This document shows positions 47,801 through 59,500 of a stretch of 64,000 nt of DNA, in pieces. The stretch lies in the NCBI GenBank assembly GCA_051362555.1, contig CM120645.1, positions 8,494,001 through 8,558,000 of the forward strand, given 5' to 3'. The notes beneath the pieces are model-generated. The model saw nothing but the letters and a program-made list of their open reading frames with translations, searched no databases and was not told the DNA's origin. Position numbers and translations under genes: made by a program. How positions within the stretch are numbered: the stretch's first letter is position 1; every line of letters begins with the position of its first letter. The DNA is from Lingula anatina (lineage: Eukaryota; Animalia; Brachiopoda).

Positions 47801-50800
47801 AGGAGATGGCGCCTGTGAGGCTTGTCCGGCTGGTCATCAGTGTCCTAATGTTACCACAAGTAGGTGTCCTTTTTTTTTTATAGATGAATTTTTAAAAGAA
47901 TGAAACATGCATTTTTCTTTTTCAAAATTATTTTCAAACTCACGATTACATTTTTATCCTAATTTTGATGGTGTTTTCTTCATGTTTTTAGATTTAATTA
48001 TTAAGTTCACCCCTGCTGTTCTTTGTGCTTTCAGAAGAGCAGTGTCCTAGTGGTCAGTACTCTCCTGGAGGACTGGCCACCTGTCTGCCATGTCCAGTTG
48101 GTCACTCATGTCCAGCTGGTAGCAGTTCACCCTTAGAGTGCCCAGCAGGTTCCTACGCCCTTCCGTTAAGCAGTATCTGTACCCCTTGCCCCACTGGTCA
48201 CTACTGTCCAAATACAACCATGGTCCAGCCTGTCCAGTGTCCAGATGGTCACTTTCAAGTGACCAGTGGTGGACTGAATTGTACAGAGTGCCCACAAGGT
48301 AGTGATATTTGGAAGTTCTTTGCTGATTTTCAGTATTACCCTCTTTATACCAGTTTTTTATTCCCTTCTCCAATTTTAGCACTGGAGCCACTCCAATGCC
48401 ACTTTTATTGAAGTCCGTCAGTAGAATTTCATATGTTTGTTCAGTTACTGGCCACTATTTCTACATTGGACCAGTAGCTTCACAGACCCTAGCAACTTCA
48501 CATGGACTAAATGTTCATTATGCTGTTGGATATGCCCACTTGTGTTGAACACTGTCTATTTTTCTAATGCTTATTCTGGAACATAAATGTACATGTATGA
48601 TCAGATTAAGTACTTTCCTTTTCTCTATAAAGATATGGAGTACATGTTTAAGAGCTAGAATTTTGTAAAAGATACAACTTACACCAATTTAAAAGTACAA
48701 TTCTAGAATTTTCAATTATTTAAAAATATTCAAATGACCAAATATATTTAATAAGTAGACTAATATTACAAAGCATGTAATATAACTTATGCATTTGGTG
48801 CTCAACAAGGGACCTCATTATTATTAATCAACAATATTATTAATTTTTGACAGGCTATATAAGATTAAATGGTTTATGATTTATAAAAATGTGAAATATG
48901 TATACAAGTTTGTATAATGTGTCTGTGCTTCAGGTCACAGATGCCCCAGTATATACTCCCCACCAGAACCTTGTCTGTCTGGTCAGTATCAGAACCAGAC
49001 TGGAATGTCCAGTTGTCTGCCATGTCCTGGTGGTCATCAGTGTCCAGATGGAAGTAACCCTCCTATCCAGTGTCCCATTGGATATTTTGCCGAGTCAGGA
49101 AGCTCTAGCTGTACAATATGCCCTGCTGGTCACTACTGTCCAAATGTGGGCATGGTCCAGCCTGTCCAGTGTCCAGATGGTCACTATCAGGCATCCACTG
49201 GGAACACAAGTTGTATAGAGTGCCCACAGGGTAAGACCAGGAAACATTTTTGTGTTTGTTATAGATAAGAGTACTAAACAGAGAGTTATAGGATATCCAT
49301 TATTGTTTTTATTGCATTAATGCTTGTTGGCTTCTGTGAATGGGTTATCCCAAAAGTTGCCTTTACAAGTGGCAACAAACCTTACTGTGTTCTTCATTAA
49401 AGATGTGAAATATTTTTCCGATATTTATTTTACCTAGTATGTTTTTCAAGCTCTAGCAAAAAAAAATAACTGGAGGCTGAATATTTCAGATGCATGAGTA
49501 AAAAAAGCCTTTTTGGACCAAGTTTTGACATTTAATGAAATTTCTTTAAATTTCAGATACGTGGCAAATCTGTGTTGCAGTTTGCTCTCTATGATTCTTG
49601 CTATTTTCAGGCAAAATAAGCACAAAAAACTTCAATAATCTGTGCATGCTTTCTACTTACTGAACATGTTTTTGTAATACCTGTCCAGGTCACAGATGTC
49701 CGAGTATATACTCCCCACCAGAACCTTGTCTGTCTGGTCAGTATCAGAACCAGACTGGAATGTCCAGTTGTCTGCCATGTCCTGGTGGTCATCAGTGTCC
49801 AGATGGTTTAACTTCTCTGGCGAAATGCACAGCTGGATATTTTGCTGAATCTGGAAGCTCTAGCTGTACAGAATGCCCCACTGGTCACTACTGTCCAGAT
49901 GCAGGCATGGTCCAGCCTGTCCAGTGTCCAGATGGTCATTTCCAGCTGAGTCCTGGTGGTGTGAATTGCACTGAGTGTCCAGCAGGTGAGAAAAATATTT
50001 GCAATTAGTTATCCAGTAATGTTTTCCCTAAAATGACCAAAATTTAGTTTGTAGCATTTTGTCCAATTTATGAAAGAATTGAAATTCTGGAACTGGAACA
50101 AGAAGCCCAAAGGCTTACAGCAAGAAACGAGGCATGAATTTTACTACCTATGTTGAGAGGAGAGCCCAGAACAGGTATGGATGGAGGGATCTTGTCAGTG
50201 ACCCATATTCCAAGAGGGCAAGAGGGGCAATAGGCATAAGTAAATCATTAACAAGAAAATTCAATATCTAAACAAATGTTGAAACTAATCTATTTAACTT
50301 TTGCTGCAGCTGGAATATTAAGTATTTTCTGTGATAATTAGAGAAAGAAATATTAAATGCTCCAAAAGACTTTGTCAAAGAAAAAATGTTGGTCCTGTTG
50401 CTTTTAGGTCATAAATGTCCAGCCATGAGTGGGGCACCAATACCTTGTCTGTCTGGTCAGTACCAGAACCACACTGGAATGTCCAGTTGTCTCCCATGTC
50501 CTGGTGGTCATCAGTGTCCAGTGGGAACAGACCCACCTGTTATATGTCCAGCCGGCCAGTCTGCTGAGATTGGAAGCTCTAGCTGTACAATATGCCCCAC
50601 TGGTCACCACTGTCCAGATGCAGGCATGGTCCAGCCTGTCCAGTGTCCAGATGGTCACTTCCAAGTATTGACTGCTGGCACCAATTGTACAGAATGTCCA
50701 AAAGGTATATGATATCTCCTGAAAGTTTTTTTTATTGCAGAAACAAAACTGAAAATATTACACTGAAATTTTAATATCTTGCTCTTGCTATGTATGCTGC

Positions 50801-51579
50801 AACATATTCACAAACAGCACATGCACACACAAGCTCACACACACACTCACACACACCAAGCAATTGTTTAATTAATATCATACATCTCCATTCTTCAGGC
50901 AACCACACATCTATCCATAAAAAATCCATCATGTACTCAAATTTAAATGATTCATGTAGAAAATGTTTTTTTTTTCAGACCATAAGTGTCCCAATCCGTC
51001 TCTTCCACCAGAACCTTGTTCTAATGGTCAGTACCAGAACCAGACCGGGATGACCGTCTGCGTCCCTTGTCCCGGAGGACATGTCTGTCCAATAGGGGGC
51101 AGCGCTCTGATTCAGTGTCAACCTGGTTTCTACTCGGACACTGGCCAGTGCACCATATGTCCTGCTGGTCACTACTGCCCAGACGTGGGGATGTTTCAAC
51201 CTGTTCAGTGTCCACTTGGTCACTACCAAATGTCCACTGGTGGCCTGAACTGCACAGAATGTCCAGTTGGTAAGGAAGGATGACACTATAAAAACTGTCT
51301 TTGAAAATTGTAACATCATTGGCTATGCACATGTATCATGAAAAAAGTTACTAGCCATATGATTGCAGTAATTGTAGTTCGAAAAAAAATTTAAAGGTAG
51401 AAATTTTTTATGTTTTTTTTTTAATCTCACTGTTTCCACACAATGTTATCACTGCCTATATTATAATTCAACATTTATGGCAGATTAGTTCTTTAAACTT
51501 TTGCTTTGCAAAACTAGAGATAAAAGTCCTCCAAATTTATTTATTTATTGTATTGATGCCCCCTGGATCCCCCCCCCCA

Positions 51580-51618
<39 letters not shown>

Positions 51619-53487
51619 GCACTTGCATTTCAGGATTATTTTAAATTTCCATTTTCATATCTGTATTCATTTTTTGTCCACAGGCCACAGATGTCCCAGT
51701 ATATATTCCCCACCAGAAGTCTGTTCAAGTGGTCAGTATCAGAACCAGTCAGGAATGTCCAGTTGTCTGCCATGTCCTGGTGGTCACAAGTGTCCTGATG
51801 AGAGCCCTGCGCCATCAGTTTGTCCAGTTGGGTCCTACGCGGGCGCTGGTAGTTCAACATGTACCATTTGCCCCTCTGGTCACTACTGTCCAGATGAAGG
51901 CTTGGTCCAGCCTTTCTTGTGTCCATCTGGTCATTATCAAACAGTTAGTGGCAGTGTGGGCTGTATTGAATGTCCAAAGGGTAAGAGGATATTTTAGTTT
52001 TTAAATGGACAAGGATGTTGTATTGATAATAGATGATTACTAGGTGACACTGATGGGTTGGAAGCACTGTTTAAAAGACCCTTTCACAGGGAGTGGTACA
52101 TTTAACTGAACCAGTTCACTTTGAGAGGTTGACAACTTTAATGACCTGGCTATCACATAAGGGAGAGCCCCCCTCCTCCCCTGAGCTTAACACAGCCATT
52201 TGATTAATGTAACTAATTAGTTACTAATTCCTCGAAACCAGAAAAGGCTAAAGAGGTCTAAGTGTCTGTCATAATTATGTTTTGTTTTAAATTTATTCCT
52301 GTGTGATTGGGTGATATAATCTGTTGAGACTCATTTTCATTTTGCTTTCTCACCAGAAAAGTTTTACATTAAACCAGATCTATTTCTGCCATTTGAACAA
52401 TACATTTAATTATTCCAGATCACAAATGTCCCAGTGTGAAAGGTCTTCCAGAGCCTTGTCTGACTGGTCAGTATCAGAACCAAACTGGAATGACCGCTTG
52501 TCTAGCTTGCCCAGGTGGACATGAGTGTCCACTTGGTGGGGATTCCATCCAGAAATGTCCAGTTGGCTACTTCGCTTATCCAGGAAGCTCTAGCTGTACA
52601 GTATGCCCTACTGGTCACTACTGTCCAGATGCAGGCATGGTCCAGCCTGTCCAGTGTCCAGATGGTCACTACCAGTCATCCACTGGGAGTACAAGTTGTT
52701 CTGAATGTCCAACAGGTCAGCAAAAACAACTTGTTAACGTTTACTAAGACAGACATAAATTTGTTATATAGTTGATGTTTATTACAAAACATTACTTTTT
52801 TTGGAAATATGAAATTTAGTAATGTTCACAATTTTAACAGTTTTCTATAGTTAACAGTCTCATAGTCTTATATCTGTTTTAATGAAAGAAACAACAGTTT
52901 ACTATATCTTGTGCCAAAAAGAATATAAATTAATTTTTGGATAAAAAAAAATCAAATATCAGTTTGGTCATGGGTTCCAAAATTTCAGTTAGCCTTCAGA
53001 CTTTTCCATTTCTATATATAATTATGCATCTTTTTTCTGCTTTATTAACTTTTAAAAAAATTTCCCATTTTCCTTTCTGAATTTTTTTTTTTTTTTTTTT
53101 TTTTTTTTTGTTTCAAAAATATGTATTCAATTCCATTCAAGGTCACAGATGTCCGAGTATTTACTCCCCACCAGAACCTTGTCTGTCTGGTCAGTATCAG
53201 AACCAGACTGGAATGTCCAGTTGTCTGCCATGTCCTGGTGGACACAAATGTCCAGATGGAGGTGGACATCTTATCCAGTGTCCAGTAGGCTATTATGCTG
53301 AGTCAGGAAGCTCTAGCTGTACAATATGCTCCGCTGGTCACTACTGTCCAGATGTGGGCATGGTCCAGCCTGTCCAGTGTCCAGATGGTCACTATCAGAC
53401 ATCCACTGGAAGTACTGCATGTAATGAATGTCCTACAGGTATATGTTTTAAAGCAAAGTTTGTTCAAAGGTAAATGGTGTATATAGA

Positions 53488-53530
<43 letters not shown>

Positions 53531-56500
53531 ATAGACAAATAAATAGATAGATATACACAGGGAGGCCAAGTGCCCTAGCTAGCATCTTAAGGTCTCCCCA
53601 AATTTAGATAAATAAATCAATTTATCTCCTAGCTCTCACACATTCAGAAATATAGTTATCTCCTAACATTAATTATTGCATTTTTTGCATTTAATATTGT
53701 CTTATTTGTTATCTCTTTAACGTGGCACATTAAAATTTAGGTCAAAAATTAAATTGTTAAATCTCTGATGCAACAAGAAAATCACTGTCTATGTTAGAAG
53801 ATGTTAAAGATAGTAGCTTAACCGCCCTTCTGCAATTAAAAGCAATTAGCACTTAGTTCGCAGGAGACCACCTTTTGCTGCTCACACTATGGTCCTCTCC
53901 TTGATTGCTATCTTCACCTGGCTGGCTAGAAGTCAGTCCAAGTAGACGTCACTGCTTAATGACTTAACTGCAAGCCAGTCCAATAATGACCTTACTCATA
54001 GTTGATCTGACAAGCAGTGTGAATCAGTCCATGCTGTAATAAGTCAGACCATGTGAATCCATTTTGATCTGAAATTGTAGAGTAACACCATTTCAGGAGC
54101 ACTAGTGCTGGCCTCTGCAACAAGTTTTCAGCTTATTATCCACGAGGACTGTCAGAGCACCACAGCAGGTAATTTATACATATAGTGACTGCTCCCAATC
54201 ACTGTTTGTCTACTTTGTGTTTGATTTGAACGTTCATTTTTTACTTCTTAAGGTCACAGATGTCCTAGCATATATTCCACACCAGATCCATGTGCCAGTG
54301 GTCAGTATCAGAACCAGACTGGAATGTCCAGTTGTCTGCCATGTCCTGGTGGTCATCAGTGTGCAGTAGGGAGTGACCCCCCAGTGATGTGTGCACCAGG
54401 AGAGTATGCCGAGGCAGGAAGTACCCGTTGTACCAGGTGTCCCGCTGGTCACTACTGTCCAGATGCAGGCATGGTCCAGCCTGTCCAGTGTCCAGATGGT
54501 CACTATCAGACAACTCTAGGGAGCACAAGTTGTTTGGCTTGCCCTCAAGGTAGTAAATCAAAGGATATCCTTTTAAAATCAATATTAAGAGGTATTTTCA
54601 GATGAATTTTTAGTTGGGTTCTGAACAAGTTATACTCTATCTCCCAGTTTTGAGTAGTTTTAGTATGTCTATACATGATGGGTGGATTTCTTACTGATCC
54701 ATTACAGAAAGCAGGGAAGAGTTGAAAAGGCATTTGATTTTGTTAATTTCAACGTAATTGACATTTTAATTTTAATAAAAAATTAAAATGTGTATATATT
54801 ATTCTTTTACAAAGTTAAATAATCTCAGTCTCTCAGTTAATATCTAATTTTTAAAATTTTTCATGTATTATTTTTCCAGGTCACAGATGTCCCAATATAT
54901 ACTCTCCACCAGACTCTTGCTCTGCTGGTCAATATCAGAACCAGACTGGAATGTCCAGTTGTCTGCCATGTCCTGGTGGTCATAATTGCCCCGTGGGCAG
55001 TGTATCAACTACGGTGTGTCCAGCTGGGAAGTATGCAGATCTTGGAAGTTCCAGTTGTAATAACTGCCCCACTGGTCACTACTGTCCAGATGTGGGCATG
55101 GTCCAGCCTGTCCAGTGTCCAGATGGTTACTATCAAACCACTTTAGGGGGCACTAGTTGTACTGAATGTCCAGCAGGTAACAGCAAGAATGAGAAATGAA
55201 AACTTTAATGAAAAAAATTAATCTTTGTTTTTGTAGTTTGGTACCTTTTACCTATTCAGTATGTTTTGGTATTTCTTTCATTGAATATCTGGTAAATAAG
55301 AAATTGAATTTTTAATTTAGCCTATAAAAGGACTGTGATTTCTTTTTATTTGAACCTTTGCTGGATGAGGTGGATTTTCTTCCCCTGAACTTATAGAAAT
55401 AGGAATTCTTCTCCCTATAAAGCTGTACAAAGAGTGAATGTTTTCCTTTGTTTGAACCTCTTTGGTGTTTTTTTTTGTTTCCTGTGAAACTAAACTGTAG
55501 GGAAATGCTACTTAGTTCAAAATTTCTGTTTACTTTACAGTATTTGGAAGAACCTTTTCTGTATTATGAATAAAAATGTGAAAATTTGGAAATTATGAGT
55601 TACAATGGGTACTACCCCTTTATTCATTTATATTGTTCCCATATCCCTGGCCTGTATATAGATATTAATCTTTCCAAACAGGTCACAGATGTCCCAGTAT
55701 ATACTCCCCACCAGAACCTTGTCTGTCTGGTCAGTATCAGAACCAGACTGGAATGTCCAGTTGTCTACCATGTCCTGGTGGACACAAATGTCCAGTTGGT
55801 AGCAGTCCACCTGAGGAGTGTCCAGTTGGTCATCACGCTGACATTGGAAGTTCTACCTGTGACACCTGCCCCATTGGTCACTACTGTCCAGATGTGGGCA
55901 TGGTCCAGCCTGTCCAGTGTCCAGATGGTCACTATCAGACAGCGCTTGGGAGTACGAGCTGTGTGGATTGCCCTGTTGGTAGGTCTAATAATTCTTTGTT
56001 CCTTTAATGTAGGCGCATTTGCACCAGGTTCAATTTAGAACTGGTCTGATTTAAACAAAATTTACAAGCAAAAAGAGTCCCCCCATACGCCATCTATGAT
56101 TGTGTGGCTAAAATCTGGGATGTCATGCTTTCAGTTTACAACACTTAAAAATTTCAAATGCTTTTTTATTAATAGGACTGGAGAGAGATTTATTAAAGAG
56201 AGTGCTCTACTTGATGATAAAAAGAAAAATAGTCATTCATTGCTTATCACCTCACATTGTCCTACAATTGTAGGATTTCTTTTATGATTATTTCTCTTTT
56301 TTAAGATTATTTAAAAAAAAGTAAATTTAAATGGAGAAAAGGTGAACAAACTTAAATATGTCAAATATGTCATTGAATGATATTATTGTCAAGTGCTATG
56401 AGATATCTGAACCAGTCGCCAACAACTTTTCTCCAGCTGTCACAGCCAGCCATTTTCATTAGGGTTGAACTGATTCAGGTTAAAAATTTTGGAGACAATA

Positions 56501-59500
56501 TTGTGAAATATCTTGTAGCTCTTGATATGAATAATATAATAATATCATTAAATATAACCTGAAACTGCTTACTAGTACATATAATTAGCATGTAATTTAG
56601 AATTTTTTTATTAAGGACACAGATGCCCTAATGTCTATAACATGCCAGAACGCTGTCTGTCTGGTCAGTATCAGAACCAGACCGGAATGTCCAGTTGTCT
56701 GCCATGTCCTGGTGGACACAAATGTCCAGTTGGTAGCAATCCACCTGAGGAATGTCCATTTGGTTATCACGCTGACCTTGGAAGTTCTACCTGTGACACC
56801 TGCCCCACTGGTCACTACTGTCCAGATGTGGGCATGGTCCAGCCTGTCCAGTGTCCAGATGGTCACTATCAGACATCCACTGGGAGCACAAGTTGTACTG
56901 AATGTCCAACAGGTACATATAGGATCTTTAATCATGGTCTTGTATGAGCAAAATAAGTGTAACATTATAGATTAAGCTGAGTCACATTTTACTCTTCTTT
57001 TATGTATAATTTTTTTATTTAATAATATTAAATTATTTTGTCTCTGAAATATATTTAAAGAAAATCCACCGCAAAAAATGTTTATTTGTTTGTATTTCAG
57101 CATGCATCAAGAATTTCATCCCCACAGCTGGAAAGTTAACCCCAGTCATGTGGATTCTTGTATGTTTTCTAGTCTTGCATTTTGAATGGCTTCCATTATC
57201 ATTATGACAGCATTTTACTGAAGATCACTAATTATAACAATATTTCTTTATGGTCCTCAGGTCATAGGTGCCCCAGTGTGTACTCCCCACCTGAGCCTTG
57301 TTTGACCGGTCAGTACCAAAACCAGACCGGAATGGTCAGTTGTGAAGTATGTCCAGGGGGGTACAGATGCCCAGGAGGAAATGCCCCACCTGTGAAATGT
57401 CCAGTTGGTCACTTTGCTAACATTGGAAGTTCTACCTGTGCCAGCTGCTCTACGGGTCACTATTGTCCAGATGCAGGCATGGTCCAGCCTGTTCAGTGTC
57501 CAGATGGTCACTATCAGACGTCCACTGGGAGCGTTAGTTGTACTGAATGCCCAATAGGTTTGAAAATGCTTTTTTGCTCACAGTAGTTGGTATTTTGGTG
57601 AGGAATAGCTTTGTGAATCCTTCAAAACCTTGAAAATACATGTAAATTGATATCCGTCACAGGTTTAGTTCTTAAATTCACAGTTGTAATGCATTGTTCT
57701 TTTAGATGTTTTTGACTGTTTTAAAACTGACCATATTTGGCTTAATGAATAAAAACCAGTGAAAGCTTTGTGTGCATCTCAAAAAAAGTTTGTTTTATAA
57801 TCGCAAGGTCACCGCTGTCCCAATATATATATGGAGCCAGAGGCGTGTTTGTCTGGGCAGTACCAAGGTCAGGCCGGAATGATGGCTTGTCTTCCATGTC
57901 CAGGTGGACACCATTGTCCAGATGGAAGCGACCCTCCTATCCAGTGTCCAGTTGGTTATTTTGCTGAGGCAGGAAGCTCTAGTTGTACAGTGTGCCCCAC
58001 TGGTCACTACTGTCCAGATGTGGGCATGGTCCAGCCTGTCCAGTGTCCAGATGGTCACTATCAGGCGTCCACTGGGAGCACTGCATGTTTAGAGTGTCCT
58101 CAAGGTAATGGCACCATCTAAAGCGTTTTGTCAAATTTGAGTCGGATGTTAGCACAGATGGTAATAATTAAGATAATGAGCCCACAGTACCCCTGACCTT
58201 GAATTTGACCTTGACCTTAACTTGCAACACTAAATGTCAAGAATTGTGGATTTTGATGAAGGGGCATGAGCACAAAAGACATCTACCAGTAAATATATAG
58301 ATTTAAAGTACCGTAAGCAATGGCAAATACCCTTAAATACTTGATTCATGGCTCTTATGATCCAAAAGGGATCCAATGTTAGACTTTGTAATACCATAGG
58401 TGACTTGAAACAAGTAGATTGCTGGCCTTTAAATATTCTTTTGTAGAATATCCATTTCAGGTCATAGGTGTCCTAGTATATACGCATTGCCAGAACCATG
58501 CCTCCCTGGTCAGTATCAGATCCAGACTGGAATGGCCACTTGTCTGCCATGCCCAGGTGGTCACCAGTGTCCAGTAGGCAGTGACCCACCGGTCAAGTGT
58601 CCAGTTGGTTCCTTTGCCAGCACTGGAAGCTCAAGCTGTACCCTCTGCCCCACTGGTCACTACTGTCCAAATACTGGCTTGTCCGCAGCTGTCCAGTGTC
58701 CATCTGGTCATTATCAGTCCGACACTGGAAAAGAGAATTGTACAGAGTGCCCTATAGGTAATTATTATACCCGTTTCTTTCTTTGAAGCTTATAATTAGG
58801 TTTTTGAAGTTTCTTTTTTACTTTTATTAGTAAGAATTTTTTATAAGAATTGTATAATCTAGATTTAATTAATTAACCATAGTGTGAACAATTATGCAAA
58901 GCGGACTGGACCATACATAACTTTGTCCCTTCAGGTCATAGATGTCCCAGTATATACTCGCCTCCAGTACCTTGCCTTACTGGTCAGTATCAGAACCAGG
59001 CTGGGATGACCACCTGTGTCGCTTGTCCAGGTGGACATGAGTGTCCAGTTGGCAGTGAACCCCCAATCCAGTGTCCAGCAGGTTACTATGCCAACATAGG
59101 GAGTTCAACATGCACTATCTGCCCCACTGGTCACTACTGTCCAGTTGCTGGTAGTGTCCAGCCCATACAGTGCCCAGCCGGTCACTTCCAGCCTTATGCA
59201 GGTAGATTAAATTGCACGGAGTGTCCAATAGGTAATGTATCTAAAATTTTTGGGGGCTGACTTTACCCTGATTTAAATATATATTTTGTATGACGTGTGC
59301 TTTCTTTTAACAGCTTAATTGTTATTGTCCTTCAGGAATTTTGAAAAAACCATGCATGCTATTAATCAAGACCTTGATTTGAAAATACATGAATTACTTG
59401 ATTTGTCTAAGCGTATGCAAAAATTGAATTATAAGAATTCAGTTTATGTGCAGATATTTAAGTGTCTGCACATAAACTGAATTCAGATTACCTGTCAGTC

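Noticed and set aside
46366-58092. Many alternative-frame and antisense ORFs over the Cys-repeat exons
   Set aside because: Shadow ORFs caused by repetitive codon content. Only the Cys-rich frame fits the splice phases.
48934-59231. Regularly spaced near-identical repeats with unique spacers, superficially CRISPR-like
   Set aside because: The repeats are ~297-nt coding exons with AG/GT boundaries and the spacers are introns. The context is eukaryotic and there are no cas genes.
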